Shown here in pieces: positions 25,415 through 37,300 of a stretch of DNA of 52,244 bases. The stretch is taken from positions 1 through 52,244 of the forward strand of contig CAXHJY010000047.1 in assembly GCA_964016885.1 (NCBI GenBank). The letters are read 5' to 3'. The position numbers and the translations under genes are program-made. The stretch comes from Eledone cirrhosa (lineage: Eukaryota). Position 1 is the stretch's first letter, and every line of letters starts with the position of its first letter. Below the pieces are notes generated by a model, which ran no database searches, was not told the origin of the DNA, and worked only from the letters and a program-made list of their open reading frames with translations.

Positions 25415-26102
25415 CAGATATAAACACATACACTAGATGTTACTAGTTACGGCCAGTAAGACTCTACACATAAATATATGGCGTTGACTCTATTACGCTG
25501 TTTCTGCTTGGGGTTTACGTTAAGTTTACAGAGCTTCCGTTACAGTATTAGGATTGGACGGGTTTAAGTATATTATTATCATTAGCTCACGCTTTTTTTT
25601 ATATCACCAATACGTGACTAAGGAAGAAATTAAAAACATGATCATATAACATATTTAGGGTCAACGTAGTTTTAACTAACAAAACTTTAAGATCATTCAA
25701 CAAGTCTCCCCATTATGGGAAGGGATTAAGCCCCCAAAACCCCTTAGTGCCGGAAGGCTTGGGTTACAGGTATCTATGGAATATTCAGTCATTTCCATGT
25801 TAATTCAAAGAGATGCTAGTACGTGTGACCAAACCAGTACTGGACTTATCCATAAGCTAAATAAGCTATAGCTCAGGGCCACACACCCTCGGGTGCCTCA
25901 TTCTTAAAAATGTATATTTATTTTATCATTAGTTTTTATTCTTTAATACTATATAAAAAATAATATATATATATATATATACATATATATATAGGAAAAA
26001 GTATGACCCCGACGGCAGAGCTCAAGCAGTTTCGACGCTATTTTTGGACTCCGTCGAAACGGCTTGAGCTCTCCCGTCGGCGTCTAACATTTTCCTATTT
26101 TC

Positions 26103-26158
<56 letters not shown>

Positions 26159-26299
26159 CATATGCAACCGCTCTTTAATAGATATTTTGTTAGCACTCTA
26201 AGATAGGTCGCTAGCTTATGTATTCGAACCATACCTAATTGAGTAATTCGATCTAGCGGGATTATAGTGGATATATTTCCTATAACCCCGCTACTATTG

Positions 26300-26372
<73 letters not shown>

Positions 26373-26397
26373 TATTATTAACATTAATATAAATAAT

Positions 26398-26585
26398 AAT
26401 TGTTTCTACTTTTGGCACAAGGCCAGCAATTATTTCAGTGTATTACTGGTACTTTATTTTATCGACCCCGTAAGGATGAAAGGCAAAGTTAACCTCGGCG
26501 GGATTTGAACTCAGAATGGAAAGGGCCGTAACTCTATGTGTCAAAGCATGGTGTCCGACGCTCTATCGATACTGCCAATCCACCT
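26398..26585 (-). mobile_element. SINE family 1, full length
   Basis: Reverse complement near-identical to 19575-19732, plus head TGGCAGTATCG. Confidence 0.85.
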
Positions 26586-27424
26586 AATAATATATTTTTA
26601 GAGAAGGGCCTTAACAGGTGAATGTCCCGCCCTTGAGCGAAGAAGTAAATGTTCATCGTTGAAACCGAGGGAGATACATTTACATTTTATAAATATGTAT
26701 GTAATGTAATGACAGCATGAACGGATGGTCTAACCTACCCAGGTAATAATTGGCTGTATCTAGAGTCGAGACCTGGGGATTTAGTACCCTAGGCTAGCGC
26801 TATAGCGTACACCCTATTCTCCTAAAAGAAAAAAAAAATTTCAAATTGCAGTTTCGTAAGCTGATGGACGCTTCTTGTTCTGAGCACATTGTGAAAATTA
26901 CTAAGCCAGCATTATCCATTACACAGTCCACACACATGTCAAATTATAGATGTGATGGTCATACAGAACTCCATATGACCCTCTTCACCACTTTGGATAT
27001 TTCCATAACGTTGTTACTTTAGAAAGATGTTTAGTGGTTAAAGTAAAATGCATAGTCTGACAGCGAAGAAAGGACACTAGAGCTGTGAAATCTTGCATGC
27101 CTTAATTTCAGATCTTCTTATTAATAACTGCAAGGACTATGTTGAAAAATCAACCTCATTTGCTCATTCCATGAGAGTATCCTTGTCAGCCTATGAAATT
27201 TTTATATTAATCGTTTATATTTATCGCAAGAAATTATTATATATTTATTTTGATTATAAAAAAAGACTTGAGATCGTTGAAGGTTCAATAATGTCCCTCT
27301 CTGAGTATTGCACCTTATTGGTAGCGCTAGCCAAATATGTAGGCAGTACTAGACTTACTACTAAGCTGTAGCTTATTGCCACATTTTTTTAAAAATACAC
27401 TTTTATTTTATCATTAGTTTTTAT

Positions 27425-27498
<74 letters not shown>

Positions 27499-28037
27499 CT
27501 GTATTATTCATTATAATTAACATTAATATAAAACGTAATAATTATATAAAATCTTTCTACCCGAATGTTTTTAAGTGAAGGGCCTCACATTTCATATAGT
27601 TTGAGATCTCAGCAGGTGAAATCCTGGCACTGCATGTAGGTATTTCACAGTATTGTATCTGTGTGTTGGGAATTTAACACCTAAATGTTAACAAGTACAA
27701 CTCCCTAATCTCAATATGTGGGTCGTTAGTGGGTGGTCATGAGATCCTGAGATTAATTTCTACTGGGTACCTAGAAAAGGAAATCTAAAACCATTTCACA
27801 CTGTTAATTAACATCGACACAGTTTCTCTAAGAATATTTTGTTTCGAACCCCGAAGCTATGGTAAAAGACATTTTAGCAAGAGGACACGCGCAGTGAGTT
27901 CGAACCCAAGACTTTGTTATTGCGAAGCTAACTAAATAGACATGCATGCAGTAGTATGACCATTGTTCAGCTTAGTCTGTCTTCGTAACTGAGATCGATG
28001 AAATAAGTATCAGACTTAAAAAATTAAGTAATGGGGT

Positions 28038-28088
<51 letters not shown>

Positions 28089-28501
28089 TATATAATATAC
28101 ATATTTATATTATACATATATGTATGTGTGTGTATGTATGGAGGTATGTATATATATATATATATAAATATATATATATATACTAATAATAAAAAGGACG
28201 AAGTGTAAGGTCTTCATTGCGTTTATTGAGGTGTGACGCGCGTTTCGCGATTGATCAGCTCAAAGTTCGATCTGTATCGATCTGGCCCGACTCAAAAGCT
28301 CATCGGACTTCTGTTTTAGTATATATATTCATAGGTACATACATTCACACACATACACACATATATATATACATATACGTACATACAACGTACATACATA
28401 TATATATATATATATATACGTTATTCCGGGTTGAATCGGAGGTAACCACAGTAAGTAAGGTACTCAATACATAGCAGAGTATAAATGTTTTAATATAGAT
28501 G

Positions 28502-28552
28502 AGATTCTACAGGACTAGAACTGTTTCATTCTTTAGAAATCATCAGGAATCT
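28502..28552 (-). ncRNA. Type I hammerhead ribozyme motif with a closed stem III
   Basis: Minus strand: AGATTC-CTGATGA-tTTCTAAAGAAt-GAAA-CAG ttctagtc CTG-TA^-GAATCT; all three stems pair. Confidence 0.82.
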
Positions 28553-28568
28553 TTAGAAATAATCAGGA

Positions 28569-28599
<31 letters not shown>

Positions 28600-28660
28600 C
28601 ATATATATACATACATATATGATCTTGTGTGGATATATATATATATATGATCTTGTGTGG

Positions 28661-28698
<38 letters not shown>

Positions 28699-29073
28699 GT
28701 ATATATATACATATATATACATACATATATGATCTTGTATGGATATCATTCGACATTAACTCGAGTCCTGTAGATGTTGCGAGCGAAACCAGTAATTCAT
28801 ATTATTCAAAGTTCACACGATATCATTTGATGCCTGTGAGTGAAACCTTTTCTGGTGAGGAAAGGCTGTGCACTTGACCCACCCCAACCAGTGAGCAACA
28901 CTAGCTATAATACGAAATCATCAGGTAACAATTGAGCCGCAGGTTTTTCATCAGTTACCCTCTCCTAGAGAGCTATCCTAATGAGGAGCGTGGGTCTCTC
29001 TCTCTCTCTCTTTCTCCCCATTGGTCTTACATCGAGCTCAGACACCAATTTTTGTATTTATTTCTATGCTCCT

Positions 29074-29124
<51 letters not shown>

Positions 29125-29129
29125 AGGAA

Positions 29130-29342
29130 CAATCGACTTTTTTGTCAAATCGGACCGAGGGAACAATGTTTCCGTTGGTCTTTCCAATTGCTAATACTAT
29201 CTATCGGTCGCAACTCCAGGTAGAAGGAGCAACGTGAAATAAAGTGTCTTGCTCAAGGACATAACGCATCGCCTGGTCCAGGAATCGAACTCACAACCTT
29301 ACCATTGCGAATACAATTCTCTAACCACTTAGCCACACGCCA
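29130..29342 (-). mobile_element. tRNA-derived SINE (family 2), full length
   Basis: Head GGCGTGTGGCTAAGTGG...GAGTTCGATTCCTGG on the minus strand; body matches 9140-9350. Confidence 0.85.
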
Positions 29343-29544
29343 ATAATATATATATATATATATATATATTATTGAATGGCCATTGATTCTTATGAGTTCC
29401 TTTGCCTTTTGACGAGTTTTGCTTTTCATCCCGCAGGATGTCCTAAAGTCACCCTCGTTACCAAGCAAGCAAGCTTGGTAGAGTTGTCGCTTTAGTCGCC
29501 AACGACCCGCCCATACAATAGGTCGTACTGAGTTTGAGAGCAAC

Positions 29545-29545
<1 letters not shown>

Positions 29546-29594
<49 letters not shown>

Positions 29595-29733
29595 CAGATT
29601 GCTCTGTATGTATGTACATATATATATACATATATATATGCATATATATATCCATATATATATATACATATATATATATACATATATATATACATATATA
29701 TATACATATATACATATATATATACATATATAC

Positions 29734-29784
<51 letters not shown>

Positions 29785-29785
29785 C

Positions 29786-29838
<53 letters not shown>

Positions 29839-29873
29839 CATATACATATATACATATACATATATATATATAC

Positions 29874-29906
<33 letters not shown>

Positions 29907-30027
29907 CATATATATATACATATATATATACATATATATATATACATATATATATATACATATATATATATACATATATATATATACATATATATATATA
30001 CATATATATATATACATATATATATAC

Positions 30028-30102
<75 letters not shown>

Positions 30103-30185
30103 CATATATATATACATATATATATACATATATATATATATATACATATATATATACATATATATATACATATATATATATATAC

Positions 30186-30231
<46 letters not shown>

Positions 30232-30235
30232 ATAC

Positions 30236-30266
<31 letters not shown>

Positions 30267-30306
30267 CATATATATACATATATATAATGCACACATACAC
30301 ACATAT
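29546..30306. repeat. (TA)n / (TATACA)n microsatellite
   Basis: Read directly. Confidence 0.95.
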
Positions 30307-30811
30307 AATCAAGAATCTTATTGATAATTCACACTCCTCGCAGAGAAGTCATAAATAAAATTCCATTGACATCTTATCTGCTGCTTTTTGTTTTATCTAA
30401 CTTTCATTGTTTTCTTTCTTTTTCTTACTTCATGCTCTTTTTATTTGTTTTTTGAGATATGATCTGTTTTTTTTTCTTATCCTTTTTTGTTTCTATTCCT
30501 GTCTGCACTTAGCTTTAAAAGTCAACAAATCTAATCACTGATCAATCTTTGGCTTAATCATGAATCAATTAATTAATTATTCTATAATCAACTTATTTCC
30601 ATAAAAAAAAAAAAATCAGTCATTGACAGACATCCATGTTATGCTATGCCATGCCGTGCCGTGGCACTCTAACTCCTGGTTAAACGAGAGGGGTGCCATA
30701 ATGTTGGACATTTATATCAGGCGGAGCTCATCCCTCTCCAGTTCTGAACAGTATTGGTTCCTTCGAGATAAATAGAAAGAAGATAAGAGAAGGAAATTAA
30801 GAAAGAATTGA

Positions 30812-30945
30812 ACCCAGTATTAAACTGGTAGTTTTTTTTTATCGACCTCGAAAGGATGAAAGGCAAAGTGTACCTCGGTGGGATACCTAGGGCTTGAACT
30901 CCGAGCACAGAGAGCAGGAGTGTATATTACATTGCGAAGCATGTT
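30812..30945 (-). mobile_element. Degenerate SINE family 1
   Basis: ACTGGT...TTATCGACCTCGAAAGGATGAAAGGCAAAGT..ACCTCGGTGGGAT...TTGAACTC. Confidence 0.6.
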
Positions 30946-31469
30946 TGTTGCCTTAACAAACATCAAAGACCCCGAAAGAAAGTACGCAAGGCAGTCCAAG
31001 ACTGCTTTCAGATTCCCAGGATAGGCGAAGCTCTTTGGGAGGGTATTTAGTGTGTGTGTGTATGCGGAGTGGGGTAACAGATATTCACGCGTCTCTCTTT
31101 GGCTTTTCGGGTCTCTTGTTTATATTTTTCAATAATTTTGTCCGAGTTTTTCCATGCTTTTTTTTTACTTCTATTGCTCTTGTCGGAGTAACTCCGAACA
31201 AAATAGAAACAAAGAGGAGACACAGAGGGGGAAAAAATTGTTATTGAGAAGGTCACAGAGTAAATAGCAAAAGAGGTTTGACGATTAAATAACCACCCGT
31301 GCTGCTAGACCAACCGATGAATGGATTGGTTACTTCACTAATGATAACAACTGAAGTGAAAATCAACTGGGACGTGTGTTTTTATTGGCAGTATGGCCCA
31401 CCCAATTTATAACAATATCTCTTTCAACACCCGAAATCCCACCAAATAATCTTGCAAAACAAATACTAA

Positions 31470-31549
<80 letters not shown>

Positions 31550-32107
31550 AAATGAAACAAAGAAAAACGCAGGAAGCAATTTTTACACAGTTATATAAGG
31601 TTCAGGGTGTATCAAGCAGGCTATATTTCAAAAGCTTATATTTTTAAAACAAATGACCATTAAATTATGTGGAAACTTGTACAATATATGTCTGATTATA
31701 AAGTGTTATTCCTTTTTTTTTTTTTTTGTAACTTATAAATTTCTATAAAGTTATTTACATATTGAGCATTTGTAAAAATTGGAAATAAGATACCATGATT
31801 CATTTTCATGCGCCCTCTCTATATATACTAATTATTTCGATGAATATTTACACGGTTATAAACCTTTTCGAAGAAATTGACTAGCGAAGAAGTTCAGTAA
31901 AAGTATAAATCCTCAGAGTTAGAGCGATAATACCAAGAATGATACATAAGTGCAACTCCAGCGATAGTATTTATGTGCGTATATATGTATATATAAATGT
32001 GTATATATAGTTTGGAACTAGCTGTTGAAAACGGCAAGAGCTCAGCCGTCGGGGTCCCGACTCTTTCATATTATATATACATACATATATATATATATAC
32101 ATATATC

Positions 32108-32138
<31 letters not shown>

Positions 32139-32263
32139 GAGGAGAGTCCTGACCACGGTGTCAAGCGGTTTCGGCCTGTGCGTTCAGCAAGCCTTTTTAC
32201 AAGGCTGTAGGGTACTCCCAAGATTTCTAGCCTCTTCGGTCACAACACCGCAGACTCATTAAA

Positions 32264-32301
<38 letters not shown>
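32264..32301. repeat. (TATC)~9 tract, 5' flank/target of the Tx1-type LINE
   Basis: Read directly. Confidence 0.95.
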
Positions 32302-32515
32302 ATCTGGGATGGACACACGCGTATAACTTGCTGAGTAAGTTCTGTTTAAATTTCTATAGAAATTCTTGTCTGATAACTTTAATTTTTGTACCATTTTGTA
32401 GAGGGACTGCCAGGTCAAACTTTGATCTGGTCAGTCTCTCAAAATATTCTACGCCTTTAGGCGAAATAGTTAAAAAAAAAGTTTTTTTCTTGTTGAAAAG
32501 TCAATATTTTTTTAA

Positions 32516-34297
32516 ATGGCCGAAGCTTCTTCACCAAAATTCGAAGGAGGAAAGGGGAAGATGAACTTACAGCTTCCCCCTGCCACTGTCACAGTAGCAG
32601 AGGTCAAGAAGATAGGTCAGCCAGAGGAAGAATTCTCTCCACCTGTTAACCGACAACTTGACGTTGCCATGGCAACAACCCAAAGAACCAACAGCAACAA
32701 CAACAACAATGCGACGGACGAAAACAACACCAATAACAATAACAATAACAACAACAAGACCAATAACGGTGACAACAACAACAATGATAACAACAACACC
32801 ACCAACGACAACAACAACACAAACAAACAAAATTTCTCCTTCGCCGAGACGACAAGGAAAACCCTCGACTATCTGCCAGTAGATATAACAAAAGCGAAGG
32901 AGCTACTGGCGGATGCGAAAAAATATATAGTGTACGGGGAAAATGGTTCATTCACAATCCATTCCCCCCCGGAACTAAAAAGCCAGAGACTCCTAAACAC
33001 GGTCATGTTTAGGACAATCTCGAACAAAAGTAAAAAACCAGCTCAACCATCACAGAGCGAGATAGAGCTGGTTTTAAAAGACGTCATGAAGGACATCACC
33101 TTCATTCAGAAGGATAGACTCTACGGGAGTCTATCCATTCTCATGAAGGACAGGGACACAGCAGTGAAACTGTCCATCAAACCAATCACATCCACCGCAT
33201 ACACCTTCTACCCTACGTACATGGGTAGAAGAACACAAAAAATAAAAATCCACACCATCCTGCCGATTATGAACATATGGTGGGTTTTGACAGGTTTTCT
33301 GGACCTGGAGGATGACATGCTGGTGTCCATGGGAAAGGCATCGGGTGACGCGTTCAGTGGAACGAGCCTCGAACTTGTAGTTCAAATGAGGCCCGAAAGG
33401 ATCGCCCAGATCCCTGAACGCGTCATACTGGATGATCTAACCTTCATCAACATTACCGTTGAGGGTAGACGGCCCTCGTGTTACCTCTGCGGAACCAGAG
33501 GTCACCTGAGGGCTGTCTGTCCCCAACTTAATAAGAAAACCCCAATCCTGCCTACACCACCAACAACTGCACAACCAACACAATCACCACAACAACCACT
33601 ACAAAAACAACCACCACAGCTCAAACCAAAACAAAACAATGTCCAACCCATCCCCTCCACTCAAAAAACAAAAACAATTTCCAAAACACCCGTACCGCAA
33701 ACACAACCCGAAAATATACCCCTCCCCTCCAACGCGGAAGATGACCCTAGTTCGTCGTCAGACGAGGAGGAGCACTTCCACACAATCAAAAGAAAAAAAA
33801 GAAAACACACCTCAGACACACAAATGAAAAAAACCCCTCCCCAAAACATAACACTGACACCAACACAAAAGAGCTCACAACAGCAAACAAAAAACACCAC
33901 ACAAAAACAAAAACATGCATACACATACATAAATACAAGAAACAAAAAACTGTTAAACATTGTGTACAACAACAATCTAATAAAAACACAAGGGCCTAAC
34001 TTCACCCAGGCAGGGGATTTCCCCCACCTCAAAATGATTAAGGCCCCACAGGACACCTATAAAACTTTAAAAAACAATTTTAAAGAGGACGTGGGTCCCC
34101 CCTGCGTCGGGCCCATTAACCGAGTCCTCCTAAAAAACTATCCCACCCCCTCCCCAAACACCCTCACAACTCCAAGCTCCCCAACCACACAACACACTGA
34201 TGCCCCCACACTTCCACAAACCACCACCCCACCCAACAACCCATCCCCCACCCTAATGGAAATTGTGCAGCCCGATACCCGGGACGCAGAGAGGTAA
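32516..34297 (+). CDS. LINE ORF1p (gag-like nucleic-acid-binding protein, 593 aa)
   Basis: CCHC knuckle CYLCGTRGHLRAVC (33479-33520) after a probable RRM-like region; Asn-rich N-terminus; basic KRKKRK; Pro/Thr-rich C-terminus; lies directly upstream of ORF2. Confidence 0.88.
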   Translation: MAEASSPKFEGGKGKMNLQLPPATVTVAEVKKIGQPEEEFSPPVNRQLDVAMATTQRTNSNNNNNATDENNTNNNNNNNNKTNNGDNNNNDNNNTTNDNNNTNKQNFSFAETTRKTLDYLPVDITKAKELLADAKKYIVYGENGSFTIHSPPELKSQRLLNTVMFRTISNKSKKPAQPSQSEIELVLKDVMKDITFIQKDRLYGSLSILMKDRDTAVKLSIKPITSTAYTFYPTYMGRRTQKIKIHTILPIMNIWWVLTGFLDLEDDMLVSMGKASGDAFSGTSLELVVQMRPERIAQIPERVILDDLTFINITVEGRRPSCYLCGTRGHLRAVCPQLNKKTPILPTPPTTAQPTQSPQQPLQKQPPQLKPKQNNVQPIPSTQKTKTISKTPVPQTQPENIPLPSNAEDDPSSSSDEEEHFHTIKRKKRKHTSDTQMKKTPPQNITLTPTQKSSQQQTKNTTQKQKHAYTYINTRNKKLLNIVYNNNLIKTQGPNFTQAGDFPHLKMIKAPQDTYKTLKNNFKEDVGPPCVGPINRVLLKNYPTPSPNTLTTPSSPTTQHTDAPTLPQTTTPPNNPSPTLMEIVQPDTRDAER

Positions 34298-34321
34298 GTG
34301 CCTTTTCTCTTCACCACCAAC

Positions 34322-37300
34322 ATGGCTATGCTAAGAGTAGGCTGTTTAAATGCGCGTGGCCTGGGCTCAACTTGGAAGCAAGCAATGCTTCTAAATGACC
34401 TCAGGTCACAACGTATAGATGTGATGGTTATTTGCGAGGCCCGGATCAGCAACGTGCGACAACTGGCCCCCACCTTTGATGACTTTGAGATGCACGCATC
34501 TCTCTGTCAGCCTGGAGGTGGGGGTGGAGTTGTCGTTCTGCTGCAAAAACATCTGGGTCTCGCAACACAGATGGTACATTTGGACCCGGAGGGTCGACTA
34601 GTGGTTCTGGACCTTGGCAGTGGTGAAGGCGGAGCGTTTAGGTTGGTAGCCGCCTACGGCCCTTTCGGGTCAATGCGGCCGGACTTCTTCCATCGTCTGG
34701 AGACTTTTCTAGGGACGTCCCGCTCCTTGCTATTAGTGGGGGACTGGAATGGTATCCTAGATGCACGCTGGGACTACGTAGGGGCCTGCCCCGATAGAGA
34801 GGGGTGTAATAGCCTCAAAGGGTTAATCGGTCGATTTGACCTGGCCGATAGATATCGACTAGATTTTCCGACTGCGCCAACCTGGACTTGGGCAAATCGT
34901 AGCGGATCATCTAGGTCGTACCTAGATAGGTTCTTAGTTAGAATTAAGGATAAGGACTTTTTAAGTTGTCCAAAAATGCGCATTGTTGGCTATTCAGACC
35001 ACAAATTAGTGACCTGCATGGTCAACCTTGACAGAACTCATAGACAGGGCCCCGGTTACTGGAAGCTCAACTTGTCCTTGCCGGCAAGTAGAGCCTACAG
35101 GAATCGGATTAGTACGTTAGTTAAGGAACGGTTGACTGGAGCGATCGTCAACAGCAGGTGGTGGGTATCTCTAAAGAGAGAGATTAGAGTAGTCTCGATA
35201 GAATTTAGTAAGGTTCTAGCTGCGGATAGGAATAGGAAGGAAAGGGAGCTAATAGATAGAGTAGAAGAGGCAATTAGAAGCGGCGACGTGGCCAGAGTGC
35301 TAGCGTCGAGAACGGCTTTGAGCCAGTTTTTCGACGCGAAGCACGAAGGCTGCGTTGTCCGAAGTAAAATACGTGCTCTAGGGAACGAGGGGACCAAAGC
35401 TGTTAGCTGGGCCCGCGTGACAGAGGCCAACAGTGGAACTAAATCCACCATCCGGTCTTTGCGAGACCTGGATGGACGGGCGATTCTTGAGCCTAAGCAG
35501 ATGTGTGAGGCCTTTCAAAGGCACTTTGCCCGACTGTTCGGGAGGGGCGGGGAGCCGGTTGGGAACGTGGACTTCGGTCCATACCTCGACGGCCTGCCGC
35601 GCCTCTCGGACAGGGAGGCGAAGTCCTGCGAGGAGCCGATTTCGGCCGCTGAGATAGAGGACGTGCTGAGCCAATGCGGCAAACGCAAATCCCCGGGTCT
35701 CGATGGTCTTCCTTACGAATTATATCTAGCTATGCCGGACTTGTTCCCCGATCTCCTCGAGGCGGTCTACTGCAACTGGCAACAGAACGGGAGAATTCCC
35801 TGTACTGTGACCAAGGGCGTAGTCACGCTAGTGAGGAAGGACGAGAACAAGGGGGACGAAATAAGTAACTTCAGGCCCATAACACTGCTAAATACAGAGT
35901 TACAGATTTTGGCCAAGGTGCTAGCAAAGAGGTTGGCGCTTGTCGTGGGCAACCTGGTGGGAGATGCGCAGACATGCGCTATCCCGTCCAGGTCCATCCA
36001 TGACAACCTCCACCTCATGCGATACATCATAGAGAGGGTTGGGAACGAACCCGGCTTTGGTGGGGCTCTGATCAACTTGGATCAATCTAAGGCGTTCGAT
36101 AGGGTCGACCATGGTTACCTGGATGCGGTGCTAGCGGCGGCAGGCTTCGGACCCGTTTTCAGGGGCTGGATCACTGCTATGCACAGCAGCCGCATCTGCT
36201 CTAGGGTCAAGGTGAACGGCTACCTCTCGGAGCCGTTCAAAATCGCGCGGTCCATCCGACAAGGGTGCCCTCTCTCCTCCCTTCTGTATGTGTTGACTCT
36301 CGAGCCACTACTGCGGAAGTTGGAGTTGTTGCAGGGCATCCCTTTGGAACCGGGATTGCGGAAAGCGGTGTCGGCCTACGCCGATGACGTGACAGTAATG
36401 GTGTCGACGGCCTCCGAAATCGAGGCGGTCGGCACCTTACTGGAGGAGTACGAAAAGTTCACAGGGGCTAAGCTGAACCGGGACAAGTCGATCGGTTTGC
36501 AACTCGGCACGTGGAGGGGCAGACCGATGCCCTCCGATAGCGTCGTCGGACGCTGGACGGAGGGCCCGGTGAAGTTGCTCGGGGTCTGGTTCGGACCGGA
36601 CCTCCAGGTGGAGAAAAACTGGGCGGAGGTTACGAACAGAGTGTTTGCACTGACCCAGAAGTGGGCCAGTTGCAAACTATCCCTGAAAGGTCGGGCGGAG
36701 GTGGCGAACACCTACATAGCGTCCGTCATCTACTACCGCCTGACCGTAGTGCCCTGCCCAAGGGAAACCCTCACCAAGATGGAGCGCGCGCTCTTCCAAT
36801 TCCTTTGGAAGAGGCGGGCTCCTATGGTGAGGAGATCCATCTGCTGTCAACACCCTTCGAAAGGAGGGCTGGGGATGCCGTGGCTAATGATGCGTAAACA
36901 CGCATTAAGGCTACGGCACCTCTACGTATTCCTCACCGGACAACCGGTGTGGGCCTCGTTTGTGAGACGAACCTTTCCCAGACTCGTCTCACTCACCGAG
37001 CTGCAATCCTGGGTCAAGCAAAGACCGAGAAAACTGGGCGCCTGGCACACTGAGTGTGCCCAGGCGCTCACCGCCCTCTGGCAGGCGGATCCGGTTATCA
37101 GTGGAGACTCCACCGCAACATTCTATAGAGGGCTGGTACGCAGCAGGTGCGACGACGCCCTCGGAGAAGCCCTAGACATGGAGGAGGACGAACTGGCCAG
37201 CCTGTTCGGTAGGACATTCATCCCGGGACCTATGGACAACTTCCAGAAGTCCCTGGCCTGGCAGTGCTACCGAGGGGCTTTACCCGTTCGAGAAAGGCTC

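Noticed and set aside
28915-28960. Two CTGATGA boxes on the minus strand (also 19382-19388, 22520-22526, 38507-38513)
   Set aside because: No stem II followed by GAAA and UH with a pairing stem I.
29253-30358. Long YI/IY-repeat ORFs (also 38954-41743, 43797-46854, 47330-47857, 49100-52240)
   Set aside because: (TA)n microsatellite lacks stop codons; not coding.
34298-34321. Track start of ORF2 at 34298
   Set aside because: It is a GTG immediately after the ORF1 stop; the first ATG (34322) precedes the APE motif at the usual distance.
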